A stretch of DNA of 64,000 nucleotides from Candidatus Saccharimonadales bacterium (GCA_040903985.1 JBBDUI010000002.1:104204-168203), one strand, 5' to 3'; positions 8,851 through 18,515 are shown, numbered from the stretch's first letter. Notes: generated from the sequence alone by a model not told the origin. Program-made: numbers and translations.

Positions 8851-9431
8851 AATTAATAGTAGGGCTCGGCAACGCCGGCAACCGTTACGCTAACACCCGG
8901 CACAACGCCGGCGTGATGGCACTGAATCACTATACTCAGAAAAAACAGGTCCGTTTTGAGCACAAAACTAAGTTCGAGGCCGAACTGGCGAAAAAGCAAG
9001 ACACCATCTTTATCAAACCACTAACCATGATGAACCGCAGCGGACTGGCCGTACGTAAAATCAGCGAGTTTTACGACATTCCGGTCGAGGACATACTTAT
9101 CATCTACGATGAGCTTGCGCTGCCATTCGGCACCATCCGCAGTCGCGGCGGAGGGCAACACGCTGGACATAACGGCATCAAATCCATCATTAATCACCTA
9201 AAGAGCGATAACTTCGCCCGTCTGCGCATCGGTATTGCAAACGAATTTACCTCCAAACAGCCCGCAGAAGAGTTCGTATTGCAGTCCTTCTCCAAGGCTG
9301 AAAATAAACTCCTACCAGAGATATTTGAGCTGAGTAACCCCATCATCGCCAGCTTCGCCGAAAGTGGCGTGCTACTGAAAGAAACTCATAAATACGAGCC
9401 GGAAGAGGACGAGCCAGACGAGCTAGTATAG
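8847..9431 (+). CDS. pth: Peptidyl-tRNA hydrolase
   Basis: LIVGLGN, TRHNAG, KPLTMMNRSG, GHNGIKSI, RLRIGI. Confidence 0.97.
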   Translation: MKLIVGLGNAGNRYANTRHNAGVMALNHYTQKKQVRFEHKTKFEAELAKKQDTIFIKPLTMMNRSGLAVRKISEFYDIPVEDILIIYDELALPFGTIRSRGGGQHAGHNGIKSIINHLKSDNFARLRIGIANEFTSKQPAEEFVLQSFSKAENKLLPEIFELSNPIIASFAESGVLLKETHKYEPEEDEPDELV

Positions 9432-9444
9432 GCTAGTAGACCCC

Positions 9445-9665
9445 TAAAACGAGCAAGGCCACTCGGCTTAGGGTGGGGTATAAGCGAGTGGCCTTGCACA
9501 TCCCTTCAATTCGTAAGAGTAAGTTGCGACACTAACTTCTCGTGAATTAAAGGGAAATGACAGTGCCCAGTTACGCTGGAGGGTAAATCACGCTAAAAGC
9601 ATGAAAGTAACTAGGCAATGTCGTATAGTAATAGGAGGTGCTTAAGAGTGTTAAACACTCTCACC
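9445..9665 (-). ncRNA. Candidate multi-hairpin small RNA with C-rich loops
   Basis: Consecutive hairpins with G-U wobbles only on the minus strand; upstream TTGACA-17-TAAAAA; terminal 13-bp GC stem followed by TCGTTTT. Confidence 0.55.
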
Positions 9666-9716
9666 GTTTATTTTTATCATTTATTTGTATCTTTGTCAAT
9701 ACTATTGTATTAACAA

Positions 9717-10571
9717 ATGACTATCTCAACCATCACCCGCCGTTCATCAGCCTATCCTCAGCTGTTACGCGAGATCGCCCATCCGCCCAAGCAGCTCTAC
9801 GTTTGCGGGGAACTACGTACTGATTTGCCTCTAGTCGCTATAGTCGGCACGCGTAAGCCAACCCGTTATGGACGGGAGATCACCGCTCGATTGAGTGGGG
9901 ACCTAGCTCAAACGGGTATCGGCATCGTCAGCGGCTTAGCCCTCGGTTGTGACGCCATCGCTCACCGGGCAGCCCTAGAGGCGGGCGGCTATACTATCGC
10001 CATCATGGCCTGCGGTCTGGACCGACTCTACCCAGCCACGAACCGACAACTGGGTATCCGTATTCTCCGGCAAAAGGGCGTCATAATCAGCGAATATGAT
10101 AGTGGTATGCCGCCACTCAAACAGAACTTTGCCGTCCGCAATCGTATCATCTCCGGTCTAACGCTGGGCGTAGTCATAACCGAAGCGGCCGAGCGTAGTG
10201 GCTCGCTGATTACGGCCACCTTTGCTCTGGAGCAAAATCGGGAGGTAATGGCCGTACCCGGGAACATCACTAGCCCTTTAAGTGCCGGTACGAACAATCT
10301 CATCAAGGCCGGCGCCACACCGGTAACTAGCGCTGGCGACATCCTGACGGCGCTCGATCTAGCTACTACTGCTAATCCGTCGCTGGCGCCCTCCGGCAGT
10401 AGCCCCGATGAAGCAGCCGTACTAGCGCTCCTAGCCGAGGGGGTGAGCGACGGCGATGAGCTGCTGCAGCGATTAGAATGGGAGCCAGCCCGCTTCAACC
10501 AAGTCATCACCCTACTAGAGCTATCCGGGAAGGTGCGCAGCCTCGGTGGTGGGAAGTGGATTAGTAACTAA
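9717..10571 (+). CDS. dprA: DNA-processing protein DprA
   Basis: AIVGTRKP, VSGLALGCDAIAH, RNRIISG, SGSLITA, C-terminal winged helix. Confidence 0.96.
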   Translation: MTISTITRRSSAYPQLLREIAHPPKQLYVCGELRTDLPLVAIVGTRKPTRYGREITARLSGDLAQTGIGIVSGLALGCDAIAHRAALEAGGYTIAIMACGLDRLYPATNRQLGIRILRQKGVIISEYDSGMPPLKQNFAVRNRIISGLTLGVVITEAAERSGSLITATFALEQNREVMAVPGNITSPLSAGTNNLIKAGATPVTSAGDILTALDLATTANPSLAPSGSSPDEAAVLALLAEGVSDGDELLQRLEWEPARFNQVITLLELSGKVRSLGGGKWISN

Positions 10572-11080
10572 CGTGGTGGCATCTTACGTTCAACGACGTG
10601 ACGATACAGTCGGTCGGTAAAGCGTGATAAGCCACAATCGATAATCGCATCCAATCCACGCAAAGTCAGCACAGCCTTATCCCACTTACTCAAGCCTGTC
10701 TTACCATATTGATCAATCTGACCACAGATAAGCGTATGAGTCGGAAGGAGTAACTTACGCAGACTCGGCTCATCTATGCCAGCCCGTTGACTCAGCAGTC
10801 GCACTACACCTGGCTCCACAGGTACGCTAGCGTAGGCATAGGCCCGTAAGAAGGTAACACTCAGCCGTCTATAAGCGTCCGGATCCTCATAAAATACTTT
10901 ATCCAATTTGCCTGTCATGAGTAGGTCGCCTCGAAACGGTGTATCGGCCTCGGCTAGCTCATGGCCGGCCGCCACCACCCGTTCGGCATCTTCTAGAATC
11001 AAGCCGTCGGCATAAGTTATATATGCCGCTGCATGATACTTTGAGGCATCATACTCGCATTCAGTTGGACGATATTCCAT
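10568..11080 (-). CDS. Hypothetical protein
   Basis: 170-aa ORF filling the gap, convergent with dprA; no motif recognised. Confidence 0.6.
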   Translation of the reverse strand: MEYRPTECEYDASKYHAAAYITYADGLILEDAERVVAAGHELAEADTPFRGDLLMTGKLDKVFYEDPDAYRRLSVTFLRAYAYASVPVEPGVVRLLSQRAGIDEPSLRKLLLPTHTLICGQIDQYGKTGLSKWDKAVLTLRGLDAIIDCGLSRFTDRLYRHVVERKMPPR

Positions 11081-11157
11081 AATCCCTTAATACTTACGCA
11101 CTACTACGCAACTTTGCAAGCCTAAGCCTTATGCCCTAGAGTGCTATGATTAAGGCT

Positions 11158-11721
11158 ATGCGTTACTCCACCCCTCAGCCGGCCCGAGGTCCTGATCAGG
11201 CTCAAATCACCGATCTCTTCACCCGCACCCTCGGCGGTACTGCCGAGCCGTACTTACTACCCACCTCAGCCCGACAGTGCTTAGTCGTGCATCAGTCCGA
11301 AGAAATAGTCGGCGCGATCACACTCTCACACTACGAATCATTAGTCGCTCTCTTAGCCCAGCTGAATATCGACCCCGACGCTCAGGCCGAACTGTCGCAG
11401 CTGCTCGGCGCAGTAGAGGGCAGGGTAGGGCTGATCGACCAGGTCGCCGTAGACCCGAGTCACCAAGGCCAGGGTTTAGGCACCACTCTTATCCAGAGTG
11501 GGCTCCGCTGGCTGCAGGCCGCGGGTGTAACGCAGAGCGTGACTTTCGCCCAAGTCCACAGGGACAGTTGTCCGCTGGCTGGCGCGCTGGAAGCTAACGG
11601 CGGCCGGATGGTAGGGGAGATAGCTAACTTCTGGACGACAGCTTATCAAGCAGAGGACTGGCAGTGTCAGCATTGTGAAGCAGATTGTCACTGCCAGGCC
11701 CGCCTCTACCTCATAGACTGA
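11158..11721 (+). CDS. GNAT acetyltransferase with C-terminal Cys cluster
   Basis: VAVDPSHQGQGLG acetyl-CoA motif; CQHCEADCHC; start placed after TGC-TATGAT. Confidence 0.85.
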   Translation: MRYSTPQPARGPDQAQITDLFTRTLGGTAEPYLLPTSARQCLVVHQSEEIVGAITLSHYESLVALLAQLNIDPDAQAELSQLLGAVEGRVGLIDQVAVDPSHQGQGLGTTLIQSGLRWLQAAGVTQSVTFAQVHRDSCPLAGALEANGGRMVGEIANFWTTAYQAEDWQCQHCEADCHCQARLYLID

Positions 11722-11750
11722 TAGTAATTTCCATTATATAATATTGTGAT

Positions 11751-12401
11751 ATGGAAGAGTTGAATCCTAACCAAGTCCCAAAGACGGCCCAGGACCACAT
11801 CAGGGCCATAGATAACGAGTTGATCCTCTACTGGGACGATATCATCGATTACCTAGATGTCCAGGAAGGCCGGATCTTCGGTACCGAAGCCCACGAGATT
11901 CTCGATGAAGCGGCGCGCCTGATTAACTACGGCGGCTTGGTCCCACCGGAGAGGGAGCCGGTAGCCGTAAACGATGCCTTCTACCGCGGCGGCCTACTGG
12001 GCTGGCGCCTAGTGGAGGAGCTCCTTGGTGGCGGCTACTCGGAACGAATCGCAGAATACCCGATCGACCTGATCGAGCCGACTGAGGGCTTTACTAGTGA
12101 GCTAGAGCGTTATCAAGCATTGGCTAGAAGCATCTGGGAGCTAGGCGGGCATGGCTATGATCGAGCGAGTGCATATCACACCTGGCTGGAAAGCCTGGAA
12201 GACCAGATCGCTCCAGAAGGAGCCGACCACCACTACTTACAGCATGGCTTCGGCTTTGTACTACAGCTAGCCTACCGACTCGAAGATCAAGCTGCCCAAC
12301 GTGAAAGTAAAGAAGACCTGGCCCGGATGCAGGGTGAGGCAGACGAGAACGTCGATTGGGACAGGGTAATAGCAGATATATATAAAAAAGAATCACGCTA
12401 A
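11751..12401 (+). CDS. Hypothetical acidic protein
   Basis: 216-aa ORF with TATAAT 8 nt upstream. Confidence 0.7.
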   Translation: MEELNPNQVPKTAQDHIRAIDNELILYWDDIIDYLDVQEGRIFGTEAHEILDEAARLINYGGLVPPEREPVAVNDAFYRGGLLGWRLVEELLGGGYSERIAEYPIDLIEPTEGFTSELERYQALARSIWELGGHGYDRASAYHTWLESLEDQIAPEGADHHYLQHGFGFVLQLAYRLEDQAAQRESKEDLARMQGEADENVDWDRVIADIYKKESR

Positions 12402-12533
12402 GCTAAGGCCTAACGAGCTACGGCAATTTATTTAACGTACTTATGCTTGATAGTGCGAGTCTGATAGAGCAAAATAACAGCTGTTATCGCATACCCGTGA
12501 TAGCCTAGCCGACCTATTCAAGGGGTCTACGCG

Positions 12534-12914
12534 ATGCACCTTGCCATCGTCAGCCGTGCCGTGCTGGACAGTCAGCCGGCTACGGTCGCACTTAGCCAGA
12601 AGCTCGGACCGTACGGACCGGTCATCATGATTGAACCGTTCGAGGCAATCATAGCCCAGCTGGAGGGGTTCGAGAACGACTCGGAGGAGTACCGCCTGGA
12701 AGGCCGTCGTGCCTTTACCGAGGCGACCACTCACTCCGACTGCCTCGAGCAGTCCCTAGAGCGAGTCCGGCACCTCTGCCTCTCGCAAGACGAGTGGGAC
12801 CACCGTCCGACCCGGACCCTCATCGAGCGCTGTCTCGACCCGTGGTTCGAGGAGATCGGCATAGTTGATCTCTCCATCTGGATGTGGAAACCAAACGGAC
12901 AGACCTGGCACTAG
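12534..12914 (+). CDS. Hypothetical protein (GC-rich cassette gene)
   Basis: 126 aa, G/C-ending codons, AAGGGG upstream, TTGATA-17-CAAAAT promoter, followed by a 12-bp GC stem. Confidence 0.65.
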   Translation: MHLAIVSRAVLDSQPATVALSQKLGPYGPVIMIEPFEAIIAQLEGFENDSEEYRLEGRRAFTEATTHSDCLEQSLERVRHLCLSQDEWDHRPTRTLIERCLDPWFEEIGIVDLSIWMWKPNGQTWH

Positions 12915-12981
12915 ATCGGTCCTGGCGGCGCGCTCAACTATTCTCAACTGAGAGGAGCGCGCCGCCCGTCACTTTTATCCA

Positions 12982-13290
12982 CTATTCCGTCTCTTTATGC
13001 TTTTGCTCGCGCACATGGCGCACTATGGCGCGGGCGACCACCACACTACCAGCGCTAACCATGGTTAGTAGAACTATCTTCCGGGCTGCCGTTAGACGAC
13101 TAGCGGCTACTGCTCCATCGTCCTCAAACTCTGGCAGCCCACCAATATCTTGATCAGAAGGCAGCTCGGATAATGTACTATTTATTAGATTATTAATAGG
13201 TGTGTCTCCATGAACTAACCGTGCCTCGGTATCGACGGCCTCCAGAACATCAGGGTCTTCGAGGTTATAACGGCTAATAGGGAGCTCCAT
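12982..13290 (-). CDS. Hypothetical protein with C-terminal TM segment
   Basis: 102 aa; IVLLTMVSAGSVVVARAIV followed by a basic tail. Confidence 0.6.
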   Translation of the reverse strand: MELPISRYNLEDPDVLEAVDTEARLVHGDTPINNLINSTLSELPSDQDIGGLPEFEDDGAVAASRLTAARKIVLLTMVSAGSVVVARAIVRHVREQKHKETE

Positions 13291-13371
13291 AGTGGCTCAA
13301 CTCTAGCATACTTTGTCTCAATCGGAGTTAAACCTTTGCTATAATCTAGGTCGAATATAGAAGAGGATGCT

Positions 13372-13839
13372 ATGAAAATTCAAGAATTAGATAACACTGA
13401 TACCGGCTACCGGCCCGATAAGCAGGAAATCATTGAGTGGCTCCACACTCAGACACTGGGTGTGATCGCTACCCTGGATGAGACCGGTCAACCCCAGGGA
13501 GCGACAGTAGCTTTTTCCGAGACAGAGGACTGCGAGCTGATCATAGGCACAAGTGAGACTTCACGCAAAGCCGCAAACATCGCTCGTGACGGCCGCCTCT
13601 CCTTTACTGTTACTTCACCCGAACAACGTTACACTGTCCAACTCGAAGGCATAGCTCGCAAACTCAGCGATGCAGAGTTCGAGCCTTACGCTGAGCGGCA
13701 TTACGCCAAACTCCCTGCCTCAGCCCCATTTCGTAACGTCAAAGAGCAGTGCCATATCCTCATCACTCCCACCTGGATCCGCTTCAGCGACTGTAACCCT
13801 TACCAATGGGTCCTGACGGAATACCAAGTAGAGGACTAA
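13372..13839 (+). CDS. Pyridoxamine 5'-phosphate oxidase-like (split-barrel) protein
   Basis: GVIATLDETGQP, SRKAANI, VQLEGIA, ITPTWIRFSD. Confidence 0.85.
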   Translation: MKIQELDNTDTGYRPDKQEIIEWLHTQTLGVIATLDETGQPQGATVAFSETEDCELIIGTSETSRKAANIARDGRLSFTVTSPEQRYTVQLEGIARKLSDAEFEPYAERHYAKLPASAPFRNVKEQCHILITPTWIRFSDCNPYQWVLTEYQVED

Positions 13840-13898
13840 ACCGCCATTAACCAGATTATAAAAATGTGTCTTCTTAAGCTATATCACATTATTCTGCA

Positions 13899-13926
13899 TT
13901 GACAAATGCCATAATTATGCTATTAT
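13899..13926 (+). promoter_or_regulatory. sigma70-type promoter
   Basis: TTGACA-16 nt-TATTAT with TGn extension. Confidence 0.6.
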
Positions 13927-13984
13927 AGACAAGAATTTTCTCTATCTAGGAGGGGGTTCGCTATTTGATAACGGAAAAATGGTC

Positions 13985-14035
13985 TGACTCACGGTGATAT
14001 AGGTACGTTAAATGCACCTATGTCACCGTGAGTCA
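13985..14035 (+). repeat. 20-bp-stem leader hairpin
   Basis: tgactcacggtgatataggt / acctatgtcaccgtgagtca. Confidence 0.85.
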
Positions 14036-14068
14036 CCGTGACTTATGGGATTGCATAAGGAGAGCACG

Positions 14069-14686
14069 ATGAACAGCATAATGATCAGCCCGGCCATCGC
14101 ACGGGCCTCTACGATCATTCGCCAGAAGGGCATCATCGTGCACTCCGTGCACGAAAGGGTCCACGCTCTCGATGACCTATTCGACGTCAGCTACGCTAAA
14201 CTGGCGAGCGACGCCATCATCTGGATCGGAGCGAAGCACCACGAGAAGGTGGTGCAACGACTCCGAGCCGCAGTGGCTGCCGACCGTCCGGATCTGCTCG
14301 TCAACCTCTTCGAGGAGGTTGCACAGCTTCAAATCACCGCTCAGCGTGAATACGACGATCTGGTGAAAGAGGCCTGGAGATTCTACGACGCGCCAGATTT
14401 CGCAAAGATCCCCGCTCAAGCGCGTGCAGCCATCTTTGACGGCTGCGAGGATCCACTCGTTGGCGAGCTGAGGAAGGTGGAGCAGCTACGCCAGGCAATT
14501 GTCGTAGCTGAAAGGACCTTCCGGTCCCTCTCCAGAATGCCGAACCGGCAATCTGAGCGATCCCGGCCCAAGTCGAGCTCCAGCAAGGTCCCAGGCGTCT
14601 GTCGCTCACACAACTGCAGCACGCCACATGCGAGCAAGAGCGAGCATGATCGTGACCTACGAACCAAGATGCGCGGTCGAAGCTAG
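14069..14686 (+). CDS. Hypothetical helical protein with basic Cys/His-containing tail (GC-rich cassette gene)
   Basis: AAGGAG-AGCACG-ATG at 14069; tail CRSHNCSTPH. Confidence 0.7.
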   Translation: MNSIMISPAIARASTIIRQKGIIVHSVHERVHALDDLFDVSYAKLASDAIIWIGAKHHEKVVQRLRAAVAADRPDLLVNLFEEVAQLQITAQREYDDLVKEAWRFYDAPDFAKIPAQARAAIFDGCEDPLVGELRKVEQLRQAIVVAERTFRSLSRMPNRQSERSRPKSSSSKVPGVCRSHNCSTPHASKSEHDRDLRTKMRGRS

Positions 14687-15043
14687 GGCAGCTAGCCCTA
14701 GCACCCGGCGGGGAAGTGGTGCAAATGAGCCGAAACGCTCAGTCCCAAGCACCCTCCCCGCCGCGCACCATGAGCCCTGACCATTTTTCCGCGCTCTTTT
14801 TTTGAATTAGAGTAGCTTTTATAGAACAGAGATATGGCTAGTAGGCAATACTGCATTGCATAGTAGCCAGTTCTCAACTAACTTAGTAACCACCGATTAA
14901 CGAAATATCTCATGCTCTGACAGTTGGTACCGAGTTACTTGCAAATATACTGGATACCGAGTCAGACCATCGTTGTGGGAAGAGGCTAACTACCGGCTAG
15001 GCAAGAAGCGTTTAGCACGCTAATGCTATAATTATAGATAAGT

Positions 15044-15700
15044 ATGAAGCGTATCAAGGAGCTAGATAAGCTTGATCGACCGCGGGAGAAACTAGCGCTC
15101 AAAGGCCCTAAAGCCCTATCGGACCTTGAGCTCTTACAGGCTCTAATTGGAAGCGGCAATAAATACACTGACGTATCTAGTATAGCCAGAGAAGTAAAGA
15201 AACTTCTACGTAAGCACGGCTCTGACATATCCTACAATCAACTAAAGCAGGTAACCGGTTTAGGAACAGCCAAGGTCACTGAGATACTCGCATCGATCGA
15301 GCTTTCAAAGCGCTATCTAGTCGATGACGATCGACCCATCATCGACTCGCCGGAAAAAGCAGCGGAGCAGTTATCTGATATTCGCGACAAGAAACAAGAG
15401 TACTTAATCGTTATGACACTAGATGGCGCAAATCGATTGATAGAGAAGCGCACTATCGCTATCGGCACTCTTACGAACAGTCTCGTCCACCCAAGGGAAG
15501 TCTTTGCCGATGCCATCACCGATCGAGCAGCTGGCATAATCGTGGCTCACAACCATCCAGGTGGCAGCCTCGAACCGAGCAAGGCAGACTTAGAAGTAAC
15601 GACTCGCTTAAAAGCATGCGGCCAGTTACTAGGAATAATAGTAATTGATCATATCGTTATCACGAACAGTAAGCATACAAGCCTAATGGTAGGATTTTAG
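15044..15700 (+). CDS. radC: RadC/JAB domain protein
   Basis: RPREKL...LSDLELL, HPREVF, AHNHPGG, DHIVI. Confidence 0.95.
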   Translation: MKRIKELDKLDRPREKLALKGPKALSDLELLQALIGSGNKYTDVSSIAREVKKLLRKHGSDISYNQLKQVTGLGTAKVTEILASIELSKRYLVDDDRPIIDSPEKAAEQLSDIRDKKQEYLIVMTLDGANRLIEKRTIAIGTLTNSLVHPREVFADAITDRAAGIIVAHNHPGGSLEPSKADLEVTTRLKACGQLLGIIVIDHIVITNSKHTSLMVGF

Positions 15701-15809
15701 CATGAATATGCATATGTAAAGTTAACGATACAAGTTTTAATAAGTATATTCATACTAAAAGTTTAGCTATCTACTTTACATATGTGTAATTTGTAGGTAA
15801 AATGCTTGT

Positions 15810-16970
15810 ATGGCTAAGAATAATGAATATATTGCCGGTACTACTCGAAAAGCCCATGCTGACAAGGGCTATGAATACTCATATTTCCTTCCGAGCCCAG
15901 CCCCTATAACCTTTGACCCGAAAGACCCTAAGTTAGCTCGGCTTCTAGAAGAGGCGACCCACAAACTAGGTGAACTAAATGCATATGCACGGTTTGTTCC
16001 TGATATTGATTTCTTCATTCGCATGCACGAAACGAAAGAGGCCACAGCCTCAAATAAAATAGAAGGTACCCAAACTAACATAGATGAAGCACTCATGCGT
16101 GAGGAAGATATTGCCCCAGAACGTAGAAGTGACTGGCATGAGGTGCAAAACTATATACTGGCCATGAAATTCGCCATCGATAATCTAGACAAGCTGCCAA
16201 TCGTAACTAGACTCCTTAACCAAACACATAGCATACTTCTCCAAGAAGTAAGAGGCTCTAGTAAGCAGCCGGGTAAGATTCGCAGCTCACAGAACTGGAT
16301 CGGTGGCGCTACCCTTAAAGATGCACGTTTTATCCCACCGGCTAGCGAACACATCCCGGAGCTACTAACTGATTTGGAAAACTTTCTCAATACGGACGAC
16401 CTAACTCTACCACTGTTGATAAAAGCAGGGATCGCTCACTACCAGTTTGAGACTATACACCCATACCTCGATGGTAACGGTAGACTTGGTCGACTGCTCA
16501 TTATCTTGTATCTAATAGATAAGAAGCTACTGCACAGGCCCATACTATATATATCTCAGTTCTTCGAGCAACACAGAGAAGAGTACTATGATGCCCTTAG
16601 TAGGGTCAGGAGCCATAACGATCTTGAGCATTGGCTGAAGTTCTTTCTCGTAGGAGTAAGCGAGACAGCGGAGAAAGCAGTCAATACTCTACAAGCTATC
16701 ATGCAGCTTCGTCATACGAATAGCCAGGAGATCCTAAAGCTTGGTCGACGAGCGCCTAAAGCCGGTAAATTAATCGAACACCTCTATAAGGTACCTATTA
16801 TATCGGTTAATGAAGCAGCAAAAGTGGTAGGTATGACTCCACAAGCAGCTAACACTCTTGTCGCAGAGATGGAAAAGATCGGTATACTGAAAGAGATAAC
16901 TGGTTTCAGCAGAAATAGGTTATTCATCTATAGCGCATACATCGCCCTATTTGCAGATGAAAGTAGCTAA
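15810..16970 (+). CDS. Fic family protein with C-terminal HTH
   Basis: SNKIEG inhibitory-type motif and HPYLDGNGRLGR Fic motif. Confidence 0.95.
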   Translation: MAKNNEYIAGTTRKAHADKGYEYSYFLPSPAPITFDPKDPKLARLLEEATHKLGELNAYARFVPDIDFFIRMHETKEATASNKIEGTQTNIDEALMREEDIAPERRSDWHEVQNYILAMKFAIDNLDKLPIVTRLLNQTHSILLQEVRGSSKQPGKIRSSQNWIGGATLKDARFIPPASEHIPELLTDLENFLNTDDLTLPLLIKAGIAHYQFETIHPYLDGNGRLGRLLIILYLIDKKLLHRPILYISQFFEQHREEYYDALSRVRSHNDLEHWLKFFLVGVSETAEKAVNTLQAIMQLRHTNSQEILKLGRRAPKAGKLIEHLYKVPIISVNEAAKVVGMTPQAANTLVAEMEKIGILKEITGFSRNRLFIYSAYIALFADESS

Positions 16971-16981
16971 GAAGGATTAGC

Positions 16982-17077
16982 ATGGATATTCAAGCACTAG
17001 AAAGACAACTCTGGCAAGCAGCCGATACATTACGAGGGAATATCAGCTCATCAGACTATAAATATGTCGTACGCTGA
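16982..17077 (+). pseudogene. hsdM: Truncated N-terminus of a type I R-M methyltransferase (HsdM_N)
   Basis: MDIQALERQLWQAADTLRGNISSSDYKYVVR-stop resembles the LWxAADxLRG...YKxxVL HsdM start; AAGGA upstream. Confidence 0.8.
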
Positions 17078-17179
17078 ATCGATATGTACTATCTCAGAAT
17101 TATATCTGGATACCCTGTATAGACACGTAGCAATCCGTCGTCCCGCTATAATCTTAACTGCTCCAGCAAAGTGAAGCCT

Positions 17180-17902
17180 CTAAAACCGCCCGATCCGGAT
17201 CGAGCGGATTATATCGAGTGCGGTCGCGTACTCATCCGTCTCGTCAAAGCTATCAAGCGGCACAGAGTGAACAGCCAGGTCATCGGCTAAATCAGGCGAG
17301 GAGTAACCGCCTCCGATAATGTAAGTGTCCTCATCGGCACCGTATTCGCCACCGAGCGACTGTCCGGGTTCGAGGACGAAATTACCAGCGATGAAGAAGT
17401 AGGCGAAATTATCACTAGAGTCCAACCCAAAAAAGGAGATACTAGTCTCCTCACGCTGGTTCTCGGTCGGCTCGGTGTAGGTCAGCGTCTCAGAAGCCCT
17501 AGCAGCGATACCACGGCCGATATATGCTCGGTCCTGCTCGCGGGCACCTTGACGCAGGTAGATCTTAAAGTGTCCGTCCACACTAGCTCCATCCACCGTC
17601 TGAAAGCTAAGGGCGGGGGAGCGAACCAGGATCGTACCGGCCTCCTCATCCTCGGCGACGGCCCAGTTATTAGGATAAGTGAACTCTAAGGCCGGTTCGC
17701 GGGAAGAATAGGTCTCTTGCTTGACCTCTACTACGTCCTCAGCCACTTCCTCGGCTGCCTGGGCGGCTGCTTCCTCAGCTTGGCGGGTTTGAGAGCGATC
17801 GTAGAAGTACCAGGAGCCGTAGGCTAGGCCTGCGAGCACACCTAGAACCAGGATCGTAAGGAGGATCTTGTTTCTAGTCGAGTGATTACTGACCTTGTAC
17901 AT
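17180..17902 (-). CDS. Membrane-anchored exported protein (PsbP-like fold possible)
   Basis: N-terminal TM, FTYPNNW, ends IIRSIRI. Confidence 0.75.
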   Translation of the reverse strand: MYKVSNHSTRNKILLTILVLGVLAGLAYGSWYFYDRSQTRQAEEAAAQAAEEVAEDVVEVKQETYSSREPALEFTYPNNWAVAEDEEAGTILVRSPALSFQTVDGASVDGHFKIYLRQGAREQDRAYIGRGIAARASETLTYTEPTENQREETSISFFGLDSSDNFAYFFIAGNFVLEPGQSLGGEYGADEDTYIIGGGYSSPDLADDLAVHSVPLDSFDETDEYATALDIIRSIRIGRF

Positions 17903-17960
17903 GTTAGAGCTATTGTACTACATCCGCCGAGTGTGGCGCAGGCACTGCTATACTGAAGGC

Positions 17961-18515
17961 ATGAATCGAGATGAGCTAGACCGAGATGAAGCGATAGAAG
18001 GGGAGCTGGTCGGTAGTGTACCGATGCGGCGGGGTGGTCGGCCTCATGGTCCGGCTCGCTCGCCTAAGTCCCTACGCCGCTACCTAATCGGTGGAGTACT
18101 GCTGCTCTTACTACCGGCAATCCTTCTCATAGCCTTCATCTTAGGCGCCGGCTATCTCAGCGAACAGCTCCTACCACTCTTACTAGCCAGCGTGGTGCCC
18201 CTACTGATAATTACTCTAGTGCTCATCCCACTCAGCCGCCTACCGGCCTGGCGAACTCGGGCTATCCGGCTGACCTATGCCAGCTCTTTCCTCTACGGCA
18301 TCACCGCTTGGATGCTGGCCTTCATCATCACCCTGCAGCACTGGGGTGTGCTGGCCGTCATCCTCGGGCTCCTCATCCTAGGTGTGGGCGTAGTACCGAT
18401 CGGACTGCTGGCGGCTCTGTTTAATGGCGAGTGGGGAGTACTGCTCAATATCGTGGTCTTGCTAACGCTGGCCGCCGGCTTCCGCCAGTGGGCGCTTAAC
18501 CGCCGTTTGCAGTAG
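17961..18515 (+). CDS. Multi-pass membrane protein
   Basis: About 5 hydrophobic segments; start at 17961 after TGC-TATACT. Confidence 0.75.
   Translation: MNRDELDRDEAIEGELVGSVPMRRGGRPHGPARSPKSLRRYLIGGVLLLLLPAILLIAFILGAGYLSEQLLPLLLASVVPLLIITLVLIPLSRLPAWRTRAIRLTYASSFLYGITAWMLAFIITLQHWGVLAVILGLLILGVGVVPIGLLAALFNGEWGVLLNIVVLLTLAAGFRQWALNRRLQ

Noticed and set aside
14920-14970. tggtaccgag resembling a reversed tRNA 3' end (att scar) upstream of radC
   Set aside because: Only about 10 nt, with no matching tRNA or partner repeat in the window
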